Source: an uncultured Roseivirgaceae bacterium (lineage in GTDB: Bacteria > Bacteroidota > Bacteroidia > Cytophagales > Cyclobacteriaceae). From it: a DNA stretch of 62,597 nucleotides. The stretch is from the NCBI GenBank assembly GCA_964645995.1, contig CAZYDB010000001.1:1-62597 (forward strand). The letters run 5' to 3'. Positions 39,688-50,909 of the stretch are shown here, piece by piece. The notes under the pieces are model-generated. The model made no database searches and had not been told where the DNA came from. It saw nothing but the letters and a program-made list of their open reading frames with translations. The translations under genes were made by a program, and so were the position numbers. Numbering within the stretch: position 1 is the first letter of the stretch; the number at the start of each line of letters is the position of its first letter.

Positions 39688-40035
39688 TTAGAATTTTAAT
39701 CCTCCTTCCCTGGCGCCGTCTGCCAGAGCTTTTACTCTTCCATGATATAAGTAACCGCTTCTGTCAAAGACCACAGTTTTTATTCCACTCGAGGAGGCTT
39801 TTTCGGCCAGTTTTTTACCTACTTCCTTCGAAGTTTTTACTGTTAGAGACCCCTCACCCAACTCCCTTGAGGAAGCAGACACCAGTGTATGACCGGTTGA
39901 ATCGTCAATTATCTGGGCATAAATACTCTTGTTGCTTTTATATACCGATAATCGCGGTCGTTCCACGGTACCAGAAACTTTTTTTCTGATCCCCTGGCGA
40001 ATTTTAAATCTTCTTGATACTTTATTAAAAGCCAT
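39688..40035 (-). CDS. rplR: 50S ribosomal protein L18
   Basis: [20 protein letters not shown]...[24 protein letters not shown]. Confidence 0.97.
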   Translation of the reverse strand: MAFNKVSRRFKIRQGIRKKVSGTVERPRLSVYKSNKSIYAQIIDDSTGHTLVSASSRELGEGSLTVKTSKEVGKKLAEKASSSGIKTVVFDRSGYLYHGRVKALADGAREGGLKF

Positions 40036-40043
40036 AATTACTA

Positions 40044-40598
40044 TTATTTAGCGGCAGCCTTACCTGCTTTTCTTCTAACATGCTCACCTACAAACCGAAT
40101 ACCTTTCCCTTTATAAGGCTCGACCTTTCTCAGGGATTTAATTTTTGAAGCCACCTGGCCGATCAATTGCTTGTCATGACTTTCCAGAGTGATCATCGGA
40201 TTTTTTCCTTTGGCTGTTTCGGTTTTAACGATTACCTCAGGCGGAACTTTGAAATAGACATGGTGCGAATAACCAAGAGTCAGATCTAATACATCATTAT
40301 TCAGGGTCTCGACTTTGTAACCTACCCCTACCAATTCAAGTTCTTTCTTAAAGCCCTTGGTTACACCCTCGACCATGTTATTGATCAAAGACCGGTAGAG
40401 TCCATGCATTGCCCGATGACGCCTCTGTTCAGTAGGTCTTGAAACCTTAAGTGTATTATCACTCACCTCAACGCTGATATCAGGATCAATCTCCTGTATC
40501 AATTCCCCTTTAGGGCCCTTTACAATTACGATATTCCGGTCAATTTTAATTTCGACTCCCTGCGGTATTTCTATCGGTTTATTTCCTATTCGTGACAT
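40044..40598 (-). CDS. rplF: 50S ribosomal protein L6
   Basis: [12 protein letters not shown]...[10 protein letters not shown]. Confidence 0.97.
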   Translation of the reverse strand: MSRIGNKPIEIPQGVEIKIDRNIVIVKGPKGELIQEIDPDISVEVSDNTLKVSRPTEQRRHRAMHGLYRSLINNMVEGVTKGFKKELELVGVGYKVETLNNDVLDLTLGYSHHVYFKVPPEVIVKTETAKGKNPMITLESHDKQLIGQVASKIKSLRKVEPYKGKGIRFVGEHVRRKAGKAAAK

Positions 40599-40608
40599 TT
40601 TTTCATCA

Positions 40609-41001
40609 TTAATGAATGTAACAAAGAACCTCTCCTCCTACTTTCTCTTTGCTGGCTTCCTTTTCGGTCATCACGCCTTTATTGGTAGAGAGTATGGCTA
40701 TACCCAAACCATTAAGTACCCTTGGCAGATTATCGGCTTTCACATATTTTCTTAATCCCGGCTTACTTGCCCGTTCAATATACTTGATTGCGGGGAGTTT
40801 GGTATCCGGATTATATTTCAGGGCGATCTTTATTTTACCGACGGGATTTCCTTCTTCAAACTTATAGTTCTGGATATATCCTTTATCGTGAAGCACCTTT
40901 GTTATCTCCTTCTTTATGTTGGAAGAAGGGATTTCTACAATGCGATGATTCGCCTTGATTGCGTTTCTAATTCTTGTTAAGAAATCAGCTATTGGATCCA
41001 T
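40609..41001 (-). CDS. rpsH: 30S ribosomal protein S8
   Basis: MDPIADFLTRIRNA...GGEVLCYIH. Confidence 0.97.
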   Translation of the reverse strand: MDPIADFLTRIRNAIKANHRIVEIPSSNIKKEITKVLHDKGYIQNYKFEEGNPVGKIKIALKYNPDTKLPAIKYIERASKPGLRKYVKADNLPRVLNGLGIAILSTNKGVMTEKEASKEKVGGEVLCYIH

Positions 41002-41029
41002 ATTTTATTTCATTAGCCCAAAAGGGCTG

Positions 41030-41037
41030 CAAAGTTA
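41030..41037 (-). promoter_or_regulatory. Candidate internal -7 box TAACTTTG in the rpsN-rpsH spacer
   Basis: Plus-strand caaagtta. On the minus strand it is followed by GCAGCCC and a small hairpin agccc-aaaa-gggct (41015-41028). Confidence 0.35.
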
Positions 41038-41066
41038 CTAATTATTTTTATCATTAACCAAGGAAG

Positions 41067-41336
41067 TTACCAACTCGATTTAGTAATTCCGGGGATTTTT
41101 CCTTCGCTTGCCATTTCCCGGAAAATGACTCTGGAGATCCCGAATTTCCTCATATAGCCTTTTGGCCGGCCGGTCAGTTTACAGCGGTTATGAAGCCTGA
41201 CCGGGGATGAATTTCTCGGTAACTTATCCAGGGCTTGGTAATCCCCTGCTTCCTTCAATGCTTTTCTTTTTTCAGCATACCGGGCAACCATGCGCTCTCT
41301 TTTTCTTTCTCTAGCTTTTAATGATTCTCTTGCCAT
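41067..41336 (-). CDS. rpsN: 30S ribosomal protein S14 (long, non-zinc type)
   Basis: 89 aa with [19 protein letters not shown] and no CxxC pairs. Confidence 0.96.
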   Translation of the reverse strand: MARESLKARERKRERMVARYAEKRKALKEAGDYQALDKLPRNSSPVRLHNRCKLTGRPKGYMRKFGISRVIFREMASEGKIPGITKSSW

Positions 41337-41353
41337 AATATATTCTCTGTCAA

Positions 41354-41899
41354 TTATTTTCTAAAGGGTAAACCAAGGGCTTTAAGCAGCTCATAACTTT
41401 CTTCATCGGAATTCGAGGACAAGACAAAGGTGATGTCCATTCCGGAGATACGATTAACTTTATCGATACTGATCTCGGGAAAGATGATCTGCTCCTTAAC
41501 ACCCAATGTATAATTACCTCTTCCATCGAACCCCTTTTCATTAATACCACGGAAATCGCGAACCCGGGGCAGTGCCACAGACACCAGGCGGTCGATAAAC
41601 TCATACATCTTATCGCCGCGCAAAGTAACCCGGGCGCCAATGGGCATACCTTCCCTCAACTTGAAGTTGGAAACAGATTTCTTGGCAATGGTAGGCACGG
41701 CCTGCTGACCGGCAATAAGGGTAAGTTCTTCAACGCCCACATCGACGAGTTTTTTATCAGCCGTGGCGGCACCGATGCCTTTATTTATGCTTACCTTCTC
41801 TATTTTAGGAACCTGCATGACCGATTTATACTGAAATTTCTCCATCAGTGCAGGCACAACTTCCTTAAGGTATTTTTCTTTTAGCCTTGGATTACTCAT
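41354..41899 (-). CDS. rplE: 50S ribosomal protein L5
   Basis: NPRLKEKY...[16 protein letters not shown]. Confidence 0.97.
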   Translation of the reverse strand: MSNPRLKEKYLKEVVPALMEKFQYKSVMQVPKIEKVSINKGIGAATADKKLVDVGVEELTLIAGQQAVPTIAKKSVSNFKLREGMPIGARVTLRGDKMYEFIDRLVSVALPRVRDFRGINEKGFDGRGNYTLGVKEQIIFPEISIDKVNRISGMDITFVLSSNSDEESYELLKALGLPFRK

Positions 41900-42221
41900 T
41901 TTTTATAAAATCTCCGGTTTTTTTAGAATATCTCTGAAGCCTGCCATCCTTGTTAGGTTTTCTGCCGATCCTGGTTGCTTCACCCGTTGAGGGATCAACA
42001 ACCATTAGATTACTCAGATGAATAGTCGCTTCTCTTTTTTCAATACCCCCATTCGGATTTGTGGCTGAGGGTTTTAGATGTTTGGTAACCATATTGATCC
42101 CTTCCACGATTGCCCGGTTTTTAACGGGGTAAACTTCAAGTACTCTTCCTTTCTTACCTCTGGAGTTTCCTGAGATGACAAGTACCATATCTCCTTTTCT
42201 TACATGCAATTTCTTTGGCAT
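41892..42221 (-). CDS. rplX: 50S ribosomal protein L24
   Basis: [22 protein letters not shown] motif. Overlaps rplE by 8 nt. Confidence 0.97.
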   Translation of the reverse strand: MPKKLHVRKGDMVLVISGNSRGKKGRVLEVYPVKNRAIVEGINMVTKHLKPSATNPNGGIEKREATIHLSNLMVVDPSTGEATRIGRKPNKDGRLQRYSKKTGDFIKNE

Positions 42222-42234
42222 TATTTTGCGGTTT

Positions 42235-42603
42235 TTATATTACTTCAGGTGCAAGAGAAACTATTTTCATAAATTGCTTTTCTCGAAGTTCACGAGCTAC
42301 CGGTCCGAATATCCTTGTCCCTCTGGGTTCGTCTGTCGGCCCCAGGAGAACAGCAGCATTATCTTCAAAACGGATATAGGAACCATCTTTTCTTCTGACC
42401 TCCTTTTTAGTTCGGACAATCACAGCTCTTGATATGGTTCCTTTTTTCAGCGTACTTGAAGACAAGGCTGATTTTACGCTAACAACTACTTTATCGCCTA
42501 AGGAAGCATATCTTTTTTTAGTACCTCCCAACACACGGATAACCAGTACTTCCTTGGCACCGCTGTTATCCGCAACATTTAATCGAGTCTCTTGCTGTAT
42601 CAT
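42235..42603 (-). CDS. rplN: 50S ribosomal protein L14
   Basis: [18 protein letters not shown]. Confidence 0.97.
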   Translation of the reverse strand: MIQQETRLNVADNSGAKEVLVIRVLGGTKKRYASLGDKVVVSVKSALSSSTLKKGTISRAVIVRTKKEVRRKDGSYIRFEDNAAVLLGPTDEPRGTRIFGPVARELREKQFMKIVSLAPEVI

Positions 42604-42606
42604 TTT

Positions 42607-42861
42607 TTATTCTGCTCTTTCAATAATTTCAACCAAACGCCATCGTTTACGTTTACTTATCGGCCTTGTTTCCATGATGCGTACTTTATCACCTATACCG
42701 CATTCGTTTTTTTCATCATGGACAGCAAATTTCGTGGTCTTTCCAATAAACTTTCCATACATAGAATGTCTGAATTTTCTGTATACAGCTACGGTAGCTG
42801 ATTTATTCATTTTATTACTGACCACAGTACCAATTCGCTCTTTCCGTAGATTTCTTTCCAT
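42607..42861 (-). CDS. rpsQ: 30S ribosomal protein S17
   Basis: [19 protein letters not shown]...[14 protein letters not shown]. Confidence 0.97.
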   Translation of the reverse strand: MERNLRKERIGTVVSNKMNKSATVAVYRKFRHSMYGKFIGKTTKFAVHDEKNECGIGDKVRIMETRPISKRKRWRLVEIIERAE

Positions 42862-42866
42862 CTATC

Positions 42867-43064
42867 TTAATTATTTTGTAATTCTTTCTGTTTTAGAACA
42901 GTTGCTATCCTGGCGATCAGTTTTTTTGTTTCCCTGATCTTCATAGGATTTTCAATTGGAGAAATGGCATGCGCAAATTTAAGCTTGGTAAGGCTTTCTT
43001 TTTCAGCCTCAAGCTTTTGCTTCAATTCATCCGTTGTCAATGTTTTTAATTCCGAGTTCTTCAT
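42867..43064 (-). CDS. rpmC: 50S ribosomal protein L29
   Basis: 65 aa, LKTLTTDELKQKLEAEKESL, in the canonical position. Confidence 0.95.
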   Translation of the reverse strand: MKNSELKTLTTDELKQKLEAEKESLTKLKFAHAISPIENPMKIRETKKLIARIATVLKQKELQNN

Positions 43065-43069
43065 GATGA

Positions 43070-43489
43070 CTATTCAACATAATCTCTTCTTACAACAAAC
43101 TGAGTCTTAATAGGTAATTTCTGGGCTGCCAATCTCAATGATTCTTTAGCCTGACCAATCGGGATGCCAGAAGACTCAAACATAATGGTCCCGGGTTTAA
43201 CTACAGCCACCCAGTATTCCGGGGCCCCTTTACCTTTACCCATTCTCACCTCAGCAGGCTTTTTTGTTATGGGCTTATCGGGGAAGATCCTTATCCAGAC
43301 CTGGCCTTCTCGTTTCATGGCCCTGGTCACGGCAATACGGGCTGCTTCAATCTGCCTGCTGGTAATCCAGCCAGGCTCGAGGGCCTTCAATCCAAAAGAG
43401 CCAAAATTAATTTGATGACCCCTGGTGGCAACACCTTTTACTCTTCCTTTTTGCTTTCTTCTAAATCGGGTTCTTTTAGGCTGTAACAT
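43070..43489 (-). CDS. rplP: 50S ribosomal protein L16
   Basis: [16 protein letters not shown]...[13 protein letters not shown]. Confidence 0.97.
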   Translation of the reverse strand: MLQPKRTRFRRKQKGRVKGVATRGHQINFGSFGLKALEPGWITSRQIEAARIAVTRAMKREGQVWIRIFPDKPITKKPAEVRMGKGKGAPEYWVAVVKPGTIMFESSGIPIGQAKESLRLAAQKLPIKTQFVVRRDYVE

Positions 43490-43506
43490 CTTTCCTTTAA
43501 TTTATT

Positions 43507-44235
43507 TTATCTTCTTCTTCTTTTGGGAGCATCCCCTCTTTTCCTTCTGCCCCCGCCCGGACCTCCTGAGCTGACGCCTGAGATGCCAACATTAGGAGAA
43601 AGATCCCGTTTGCCATAAACTTCTCCTTTAAAGATCCACACCTTGATTCCTATTTTACCATATACCGTATTGGCTTCCGACACAGCATAGTCGATATCAG
43701 CACGCAAGGTATGTAGTGGAATCCTGCCCTCCTTATATTGTTCAGTCCTGGCCATTTCAGCACCTCCAAGCCGGCCGGAGACTTTAATTTTAATCCCCTG
43801 TGCGCCAACCCTCATGGCTGAAGCGATAGACTGTTTCATTGCTCTCCGGTATGAAATCCTGGCCTGCAACTGCTGAGCGATTGATTCACCTACCAATTTT
43901 GCATCCAGTTCCGGTCGTTTGATCTCAAAGATATTGATCTGAACATCTTTTCCGGTCAATTGCTTTAACTCCTCCTTTATCCTGTCAACTTCTGTTCCTC
44001 CTTTTCCAATGACTACGCCCGGGCGGGCGGTATGAACAGTAAGGGTGATCCGTTTCAGGGTGCGTTCTATCACGATCCTGGAGATACCACCTTTGGGGAT
44101 CCTCGCCTCGATATAATTCCGTATTTTCTGATCTTCGATCAGCTTACTGGAAAAAGATTTTCCACCGTACCAGTTAGAGTCCCAGCCTTTAATAATTCCC
44201 AGCCGAAAGCCGATAGGGTTTACTTTTTGTCCCAT
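43507..44235 (-). CDS. rpsC: 30S ribosomal protein S3
   Basis: [13 protein letters not shown] with a KH domain and a basic Gly/Arg C-terminal tail. Confidence 0.97.
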   Translation of the reverse strand: MGQKVNPIGFRLGIIKGWDSNWYGGKSFSSKLIEDQKIRNYIEARIPKGGISRIVIERTLKRITLTVHTARPGVVIGKGGTEVDRIKEELKQLTGKDVQINIFEIKRPELDAKLVGESIAQQLQARISYRRAMKQSIASAMRVGAQGIKIKVSGRLGGAEMARTEQYKEGRIPLHTLRADIDYAVSEANTVYGKIGIKVWIFKGEVYGKRDLSPNVGISGVSSGGPGGGRRKRGDAPKRRRR

Positions 44236-44245
44236 GCTGTATTAT

Positions 44246-44629
44246 TTATTTTTCAGTATTTTTTTCCTCTTCAACAACTTCAGGAACCAGATTACTGGCC
44301 AAGACCAGGGTCACATGATTGGACCGTTTCCTGATCCGATGTGCTCTTCCCTGGGGTGCCGGCCGGAGTCTTTTCAATATTCTGCCACCATCGACAAACA
44401 CGTCTTTGATATATAAATCAGCCTCTTCAAGCCGGGCGTCTTCATGCTTATTCTGCCAGTTCGCTACCGCGGATAGAAGCAGCTTTTCCAACCTGGCTGC
44501 ATTATGATTAGGCTCGAATTTCAATATATTCAAAGCTTTGGCTACCTTTTGCCCCCTGATCAGATCGGCCACGAGCCTCATCTTACGCGGGGAAGTTGGC
44601 ACATTTCGTAACTTGGCAACTGCTTCCAT
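44246..44629 (-). CDS. rplV: 50S ribosomal protein L22
   Basis: [17 protein letters not shown]...[13 protein letters not shown]. Confidence 0.97.
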   Translation of the reverse strand: MEAVAKLRNVPTSPRKMRLVADLIRGQKVAKALNILKFEPNHNAARLEKLLLSAVANWQNKHEDARLEEADLYIKDVFVDGGRILKRLRPAPQGRAHRIRKRSNHVTLVLASNLVPEVVEEEKNTEK

Positions 44630-44635
44630 TCGATT

Positions 44636-44914
44636 CTATTTTTTTCCTTTATCCTTCTTAGAAATATGACCTCTGAACGTTCGTGTCGGAGCAAATTCCC
44701 CGAGTTTATGTCCCACCATGTTCTCTGTGACATATACCGGAATAAATTTATTTCCATTATGTACTGCAAAGGTATGACCCACGAAATCCGGGGAAATCAT
44801 TGATCGCCTTGACCAGGTTTTGATCACAGATTTTTTACCCGACTCATTCATTTTATCAACTTTATTCTCAAGTCGGAAATCGATATAAGGTCCTTTTTTT
44901 AATGGTCTAGACAT
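44636..44914 (-). CDS. rpsS: 30S ribosomal protein S19
   Basis: [12 protein letters not shown]...[27 protein letters not shown]. Confidence 0.97.
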   Translation of the reverse strand: MSRPLKKGPYIDFRLENKVDKMNESGKKSVIKTWSRRSMISPDFVGHTFAVHNGNKFIPVYVTENMVGHKLGEFAPTRTFRGHISKKDKGKK

Positions 44915-45735
44915 TATTTTCTCTTACTAATTATCATTCTATCTGAATACTTGTTAGGGTGTCTTGTCTTCTTTCCTTTGGCATAAAGCCCTGTTCTTGA
45001 CCGGGGATGTCCTCCTGACGCACGTCCTTCCCCACCTCCCATCGGGTGATCTACCGGGTTCATCGCAACTCCTCTTACCCTCGGACGTTTGCCAAGCCAC
45101 CGGTTACGTCCTGCTTTACCAAGGGTAACATTCATGTGTTCAACATTAGAAACGGAACCTACCGTGGCTCTACAGGCGCTAAGCACCATTCTCATTTCTC
45201 CGGATGGCAGTTTCACCGTGCAGTACTTACCTTCGCGGGCAACAAGCTGAGCGTAAGATCCGGCACTGCGGGCAAGGATACCACCCTGGCTTGGTTTTAA
45301 TTCAATATTATGAATAATTGTGACTAAAGGAATATGCGCCAGAAGTAGATGATTACCCACTTCCGGAGCTACAGCATTACCTGATACGATGGTCTGGTCT
45401 ATTTTTAACCCAGCCGGGGCCAGAATATAGGACTTTGCGCCATCCGCATAAAAGATCAGGGCTATCCGTGCCGATCGGTTAGGATCATATTCAATGGCCT
45501 TAACTGTACCGGGAACATCTTTTTTACCTCTCTTGAAGTCAATTACCCGGTACCTTCTTTTATGACCTCCTCCGATGTACCTTACTGTCATCTTACCGGC
45601 ACTGTTCCTCCCTCCACTCTTTTTCAGAGGTTTCAACAAGGCTTTCTCCGGCTCTGACTTGGTCACCAAGTCAAAGACCGGGGCTAACCTGTATCTTTGT
45701 CCCGGAGTATTTGGTCTTATTTTCTTTACCGCCAT
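44914..45735 (-). CDS. rplB: 50S ribosomal protein L2
   Basis: [11 protein letters not shown]...[13 protein letters not shown]. Confidence 0.97.
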   Translation of the reverse strand: MAVKKIRPNTPGQRYRLAPVFDLVTKSEPEKALLKPLKKSGGRNSAGKMTVRYIGGGHKRRYRVIDFKRGKKDVPGTVKAIEYDPNRSARIALIFYADGAKSYILAPAGLKIDQTIVSGNAVAPEVGNHLLLAHIPLVTIIHNIELKPSQGGILARSAGSYAQLVAREGKYCTVKLPSGEMRMVLSACRATVGSVSNVEHMNVTLGKAGRNRWLGKRPRVRGVAMNPVDHPMGGGEGRASGGHPRSRTGLYAKGKKTRHPNKYSDRMIISKRK

Positions 45736-45746
45736 TTCGAGATTCT

Positions 45747-46034
45747 TTAAATTCCGCTATAAAAATCTATTACTTCACCTTCGGCGACTGTAACGATGGC
45801 CTTTTTAAAGGAGGCCTTTTTTCCTGAGATAATCTGTGTTCTTGTATATCTTGTCTTCCGCTTACCATTATACCGCAGGGTGTTCACACTTTCGACATTA
45901 ACGCCATACATTTTTTCCACAGCCTTCTTTATTTCAACCTTATTCGCTTTTTTATCAACTATAAAGCCGTATTGACCTCTTTCATTAAGATCAGATACTT
46001 TCTCTGTTACCAAAGGTTTAATTAATATACTCAT
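45747..46034 (-). CDS. rplW: 50S ribosomal protein L23
   Basis: IKPLVTEKV...[16 protein letters not shown]. Confidence 0.96.
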   Translation of the reverse strand: MSILIKPLVTEKVSDLNERGQYGFIVDKKANKVEIKKAVEKMYGVNVESVNTLRYNGKRKTRYTRTQIISGKKASFKKAIVTVAEGEVIDFYSGI

Positions 46035-46040
46035 CGCCGA

Positions 46041-46667
46041 TTAATTCAATAATTCTTCTACTCTAGAAATCGATCCTTCCATGAACAGCACATTATCTGC
46101 ATGAAGGATCTCATAGGTATTCAGGTTATTCACCAGGACTACCGTTGTATTTTTTAAATTCCGTGAGGAAAGCGAGATATTCGAGTTGCTTTCCGGAATT
46201 ACCAGCAAGGTCTTCTTAGCTTCCATTGAAAGCCTTTTCAGAAATTCCATATATTCCCTTGTTTTCGGCGCCTCAAAGGCAAAATCTTCCAGGATAGTAA
46301 TTTCCGATGCTTTGGCTTTGTACGTAAGCGCAGACCGCCTGGCCAGTGATTTCACTTTTTTATTGAGCTTAAATCCATAGGTTCTCGGCCTGGGGCCAAA
46401 AGTCGTTCCCCCACCTTTAAACAAGGGCGATTTCATGCTACCGGCACGGGCAGTACCCGTTCCTTTCTGTCTTTTGATCTTTTTAGTAGATCCCGTTACT
46501 TCAGCTCGCTCTTTGGTCTTGTGTGTTCCCTGCCTTTTATTGGCAAGATGTTGTTTCACATCCAGATAGATGGCATGATCATTAGGCTCAATATTAAATA
46601 TGGCATCGGCAAGTTTGATCTTCCGGCCGGTTTCGTTACCATCATTTTTAAGTACCTTAACTTCCAT
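46041..46667 (-). CDS. rplD: 50S ribosomal protein L4
   Basis: KRQKGTGTARAGSMKSPLFKGGGTTFGP. Confidence 0.97.
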   Translation of the reverse strand: MEVKVLKNDGNETGRKIKLADAIFNIEPNDHAIYLDVKQHLANKRQGTHKTKERAEVTGSTKKIKRQKGTGTARAGSMKSPLFKGGGTTFGPRPRTYGFKLNKKVKSLARRSALTYKAKASEITILEDFAFEAPKTREYMEFLKRLSMEAKKTLLVIPESNSNISLSSRNLKNTTVVLVNNLNTYEILHADNVLFMEGSISRVEELLN

Positions 46668-46673
46668 TTCAGT

Positions 46674-47306
46674 TTACTTCTCAAGTACTACATATGAATT
46701 ATTTGACCCGGGCACTGATCCGCTGACGAATACCAGGTTTTTCTCGGGATAGATCTTCACAATACGAAGATTTAATTTCTTAACCCGTACTCCGCCGCTG
46801 CGACCAGCCATCCTGATCCCTTTAAATACGCGGGATGGGAAAGAACTGGCGCCAATAGAACCTGGAGCTCTCAACCGGTTATGCTGACCATGGGTCGCGT
46901 CGCCGACTCCTTTAAATCCATGCCTCTTTACAACCCCCTGGAAACCTTTCCCTTTGGATTTGCCAATGGCGTCAACGAACTCACCTTCTTTAAAGACATC
47001 ACCAACATTTATTACCTGGCCTACTTTTACATCTCCCTCAAATTCCATTCTGAAATTCCTGAATTCCACAACCTTCCTCTTTGGGGTTGTGCCGGCTTTT
47101 GTAAAATGACCTTTCAAAGCACTTGGTGTCCTCTTTTCCTTTCTTTCGTCATAACTTAACTGTATAGCCTTATAACCATCAGTTTCCTGGTTCTTAATCT
47201 GTGTGATCACACAGGGACCGGCTTCAATTACAGTGCACGATATGTTACGACCTTCATCATCGTACACACTGGTCATTCCTATTTTTTTTCCTATAATTCC
47301 AGACAT
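46674..47306 (-). CDS. rplC: 50S ribosomal protein L3
   Basis: [14 protein letters not shown]...[13 protein letters not shown]. Confidence 0.97.
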   Translation of the reverse strand: MSGIIGKKIGMTSVYDDEGRNISCTVIEAGPCVITQIKNQETDGYKAIQLSYDERKEKRTPSALKGHFTKAGTTPKRKVVEFRNFRMEFEGDVKVGQVINVGDVFKEGEFVDAIGKSKGKGFQGVVKRHGFKGVGDATHGQHNRLRAPGSIGASSFPSRVFKGIRMAGRSGGVRVKKLNLRIVKIYPEKNLVFVSGSVPGSNNSYVVLEK

Positions 47307-47358
47307 CTCTTTTAATAAATTAACTGCCCATTCAGGGCAGTGATCGACAAAAGGACTG

Positions 47359-47366
47359 CAAAGGTA
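47359..47366 (-). promoter_or_regulatory. Candidate -7 box TACCTTTG (followed by CAGTCC) for the rplC-led r-protein operon
   Basis: Plus-strand ggactgcaaaggta lies 53 nt upstream of the rplC ATG and just downstream of the rpsJ terminator. A leader hairpin actgccc/gggcagt sits at 47323-41. Confidence 0.5.
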
Positions 47367-47420
47367 TTAAATAATTTTTAATATAAAAAGACACAAATCC
47401 GAATTAGACGGACGAAAGAC

Positions 47421-47450
47421 AAAAAAAGAACCAATAGAGATTATTGGTTC
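47421..47450 (-). terminator. Rho-independent terminator after rpsJ
   Basis: 9-bp stem gaaccaata(47428-36)/tattggttc(47442-50) with a 5-nt loop. On the minus strand a T7 run follows. Lies 22 nt after the rpsJ stop. Confidence 0.75.
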
Positions 47451-47472
47451 CTATCTTATCTAATATTTTCAA

Positions 47473-47778
47473 TCAGACCTTGATTTCAACATCCACACCA
47501 CTGGGCAATTCAAGTTTCATCAGTGCATCGACTGTTTTAGTGCTGTTGGAATAAATATCAACCAGCCTTTTGTAGGTACACAACTGAAACTGCTCCCGTG
47601 ATTTTTTATTGACATGTGGTGATCGTAATACTGTGAATATCTCCTTTTCGGTAGGTAAGGGTATCGGACCACTCACGACTGCACCGGTCGTCTTTACTGC
47701 TCTTACGATCTTTTCAGATGACTTATCAACCAGGTTATGATCGTAAGATTTCAATTTAATTCTAATTTTCTGCGTCAT
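47473..47778 (-). CDS. rpsJ: 30S ribosomal protein S10
   Basis: [14 protein letters not shown]...GPIPLPT. Confidence 0.97.
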   Translation of the reverse strand: MTQKIRIKLKSYDHNLVDKSSEKIVRAVKTTGAVVSGPIPLPTEKEIFTVLRSPHVNKKSREQFQLCTYKRLVDIYSNSTKTVDALMKLELPSGVDVEIKV

Positions 47779-47786
47779 ATTAAAAA

Positions 47787-49919
47787 TTATTCACCTTTTA
47801 CATTTGCAATGATTTTAGTAGCAAGGTTTACCGGAACGGTATCATAATGGGAGAAAGTCAATGTAGCCACTGCTCTTCCTGATGACAAGGTGCGCAGGTC
47901 GGTTACATAGCCAAACAGTTCTGATAAAGGTACATTTGCCTTGATCACCTGAGCACCTGCCTTGGTATCCATTCCTTTCATAATGCCTCTGCGTTTATTA
48001 AGATCGCCCGTTACCGGTCCGGTATATTCATCCGGAGTAACTACTTCCACTGACATAATGGGTTCCAGTAATTGGGGGGAAGCTTTAGAGGCGGCATTTT
48101 TAAAACCGATCCTTGCTGCTAATTCGAAAGACAGGGTATCGGAGTCTACATCATGGTAGCTGCCATGAAACAACCTGACTTTCATTTTTTCCAGTGGGTA
48201 TCCTGCCAGAGGGCCATTTTTCATGGCCTCTTTAAAACCTTTTTCAACAGCAGGAATATACTCCCTTGGTATAACACCACCCACGATATCATTCACAAAT
48301 TCCAATCCCTCCGGCGTTTCCTTTTCATTATCAACAGGCCCCAGTTCAAAAACAATATCGGCATATTTTCCACGACCACCGGACTGCTTTTTATACTGTT
48401 CACGATATTCCACTTTATTAGTAATCGCTTCCTTATAAGCTACCTGTGGTGCTCCCTGATTGATCTCGACTTTAAATTCACGCCGCAACCTGTCAATAAT
48501 GATCTCCAGATGCAGTTCACCCATACCCCTCAGTACCGTCTGACCGGTTTCCTCATTGGTCTGCACAGTAAGTGTGGGATCTTCTTCAACTAATTTAGAA
48601 ATGGCTATGCCTAGCTTATCCTGGTCCGCCTGTTTTCTGGGTTCAATGGCATAGCCAATAACGGGTTCAGGGAAAGTCATAGACTCCAGTACGATCTTAT
48701 GTTTTTCATCGCATAAGGTATCGCCTGTTTTAATATCTTTAAAGCCGATGGCAGCTGCAATGTCGCCCGCTTCAACCACATCTATCGGGTTCTGCTTATT
48801 CGAATGCATCTGCATCAATCGTGAAATACGTTCTTTCTTTTCGGTCCGCATATTAAAAATATAAGAACCGGCAGGCAATTTTCCGGAGTAGGTTCTGAAG
48901 AAGCATAATCTTCCTACGAAAGGATCTGTGGCAATTTTAAAAGCCAATGCTGAAAACGGCTTTTCAGCATCCGGCTCCCTGAGTTCTTCCTTGCTGGTAT
49001 ATGGATTTAAGCCCTTTACCGGCGGAAGGTCAAGTGGAGATGGCATATAATGACATACTGCATCGAGTAGTGCCTGTACCCCTTTATTTTTAAATGCCGA
49101 GCCAACCAAAACGGGAAAGAAAGAAAGATCGATGACTGCTTTCCTGATTGCCGTCATTAATTCCTCTTCCGTAATCGAGTCCTGGTCTTCAAAGAACTTC
49201 TCTAGAATCTTTTCGTCATATTCTGCAACACTTTCAACAAGTTTCTGACGCCATTCCTCAACAGTCTCTAACAGATCTTCCGGAACATCTTCCACACGAT
49301 AGGTCATTCCCTTATCTTCTTCATTCCAGATAATAGCTTTGTTTTTAATAAGATCCACAACTCCGGTAAAGGAGTTTTCCGATCCTATCGGTACCTGAAG
49401 CGGAATAGGATTCGCTTTAAGTTTATCGCGGATTTCCTGCACGACATTAAAAAAATCGGCTCCTGCCCTATCCATTTTATTGACAAAACATATCCTGGGC
49501 ACTTTGTATTTATCAGCCTGCCGCCAGACGGTTTCTGATTGTGGCTCAACACCGGATACCGCGCAGAAAAGAGCAACAGCACCATCGAGCACCCGGAGTG
49601 ACCTTTCCACCTCAACGGTAAAGTCGACATGGCCGGGCGTATCAATTATATTAATTCGATATTCCTGTGTGTCATCCGTAGGTTGTCCCTGAATAGTTGG
49701 ATACATCCAGAAGGTAGTGGTAGCCGCAGAGGTAATGGTAATGCCTCTTTCCTGTTCCTGCTCCATCCAATCCATTACGGCGCCGCCATCATGAACTTCA
49801 CCCATTTTATAAGTAAGCCCTGTATAATACAGGACCCTTTCTGTTGTAGTTGTTTTTCCGGCATCGATGTGTGCCATGATGCCGATATTGCGTAATAGTT
49901 TTAAGTCTTTTGTTGCCAT
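47787..49919 (-). CDS. fusA: Elongation factor G
   Basis: [22 protein letters not shown] and NKMD GTPase motifs. 710 aa. Confidence 0.97.
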   Translation of the reverse strand: MATKDLKLLRNIGIMAHIDAGKTTTTERVLYYTGLTYKMGEVHDGGAVMDWMEQEQERGITITSAATTTFWMYPTIQGQPTDDTQEYRINIIDTPGHVDFTVEVERSLRVLDGAVALFCAVSGVEPQSETVWRQADKYKVPRICFVNKMDRAGADFFNVVQEIRDKLKANPIPLQVPIGSENSFTGVVDLIKNKAIIWNEEDKGMTYRVEDVPEDLLETVEEWRQKLVESVAEYDEKILEKFFEDQDSITEEELMTAIRKAVIDLSFFPVLVGSAFKNKGVQALLDAVCHYMPSPLDLPPVKGLNPYTSKEELREPDAEKPFSALAFKIATDPFVGRLCFFRTYSGKLPAGSYIFNMRTEKKERISRLMQMHSNKQNPIDVVEAGDIAAAIGFKDIKTGDTLCDEKHKIVLESMTFPEPVIGYAIEPRKQADQDKLGIAISKLVEEDPTLTVQTNEETGQTVLRGMGELHLEIIIDRLRREFKVEINQGAPQVAYKEAITNKVEYREQYKKQSGGRGKYADIVFELGPVDNEKETPEGLEFVNDIVGGVIPREYIPAVEKGFKEAMKNGPLAGYPLEKMKVRLFHGSYHDVDSDTLSFELAARIGFKNAASKASPQLLEPIMSVEVVTPDEYTGPVTGDLNKRRGIMKGMDTKAGAQVIKANVPLSELFGYVTDLRTLSSGRAVATLTFSHYDTVPVNLATKIIANVKGE

Positions 49920-49927
49920 TCTCTTTT

Positions 49928-50395
49928 TTAGAATCTAAAATGTGAGAAAGCCTTGTTAGCATCTGCCATCCTGTGGGTATCATCTTTCTTTTTCACAGCA
50001 GCTCCTTCACCCTTCGATGCAGCAATGATCTCACCTGCCAACCGGTCTACGATAGTCTTTTCATTGCGCATTTGTGCATAGCGGACCATCCACTTAATCC
50101 CCAGCGATATCTTCCTGTCCGGACGAACCTCTATGGGAACCTGAAAAGTAGCGCCTCCCACCCTTCTGCTTTTTACTTCAACAGCGGGCATGATATTATT
50201 CAAGGCTTTTTTCCATGTTTCCAGCCCATCTTCACCGACCTTGTTTTCAACAATATCAATTGCCTGATAAAAGGTTCTGTATGCCAGGTTTTTCTTTCCT
50301 TTCAGCATCAAGTTATTCACAAATCTGGTAACAAGGGTATCGCTATACTTAGGATCCGGTAAGAGATATCTCTTTTTAGGTTTAGATTTCCTCAT
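49928..50395 (-). CDS. rpsG: 30S ribosomal protein S7
   Basis: [16 protein letters not shown]...[10 protein letters not shown]. Confidence 0.97.
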   Translation of the reverse strand: MRKSKPKKRYLLPDPKYSDTLVTRFVNNLMLKGKKNLAYRTFYQAIDIVENKVGEDGLETWKKALNNIMPAVEVKSRRVGGATFQVPIEVRPDRKISLGIKWMVRYAQMRNEKTIVDRLAGEIIAASKGEGAAVKKKDDTHRMADANKAFSHFRF

Positions 50396-50402
50396 TTGTC
50401 AA

Positions 50403-50777
50403 TTATTTTTTAGGCCTTTTTGCTCCATATTTCGATCTTGCCTGAAGTCTCCCCTCTACGCCTGCGGTGTCAAGTGCCCCTCTGATAATATGATAACGAA
50501 CACCAGGAAGGTCCTTCACCCTGCCCCCGCGGATCAATACAATAGAGTGCTCCTGAAGGTTATGACCTTCTCCCATAATGTAGGCATTCACCTCATTTCC
50601 ATTGGTCAACCGCACCCTTGCGACCTTTCTCATGGCAGAGTTCGGCTTCTTAGGAGTGGTAGTATACACCCTTGTACAAACACCCCGCCGTTGAGGACAG
50701 GACTCTAATGCGGGTGATTTAGACTTAGTCGATTTTGATTTTCGTCCTTTTCGGACTAATTGCTGTATTGTTGGCAT
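50403..50777 (-). CDS. rpsL: 30S ribosomal protein S12
   Basis: [12 protein letters not shown]...[17 protein letters not shown]. Confidence 0.97.
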   Translation of the reverse strand: MPTIQQLVRKGRKSKSTKSKSPALESCPQRRGVCTRVYTTTPKKPNSAMRKVARVRLTNGNEVNAYIMGEGHNLQEHSIVLIRGGRVKDLPGVRYHIIRGALDTAGVEGRLQARSKYGAKRPKK

Positions 50778-50821
50778 TTATTATTACTTTAATATGCACT
50801 ACCTGCGAAAATTTCGGACTG

Positions 50822-50853
50822 CAAAGGTAGATAAATAGTATTTAGTATCCAAA
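50822..50853 (-). promoter_or_regulatory. Bacteroidota-type promoter for rpsL-rpsG-fusA-rpsJ (TTTG-N20-TACCTTTG)
   Basis: Plus-strand caaaggta at 50822-29 and caaa at 50850-53. The -7 box lies 45 nt upstream of the rpsL ATG. Confidence 0.55.
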
Positions 50854-50909
50854 ATAATTTTGCTTGAAAAATTATGCTTAACGGGTATTCTTCAAGACTG
50901 CACATACCA

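Noticed and set aside
41350-41640. 96-aa same-strand alternate-frame ORF inside rplE
   Set aside because: It overlaps the L5 coding frame completely. L5 is fully conserved in its own frame, and the alternate frame has no support.
42434-42937. 167-aa plus-strand ORF
   Set aside because: It spans the antisense of rplN, rpsQ and rpmC. It is a shadow ORF crossing three real genes.
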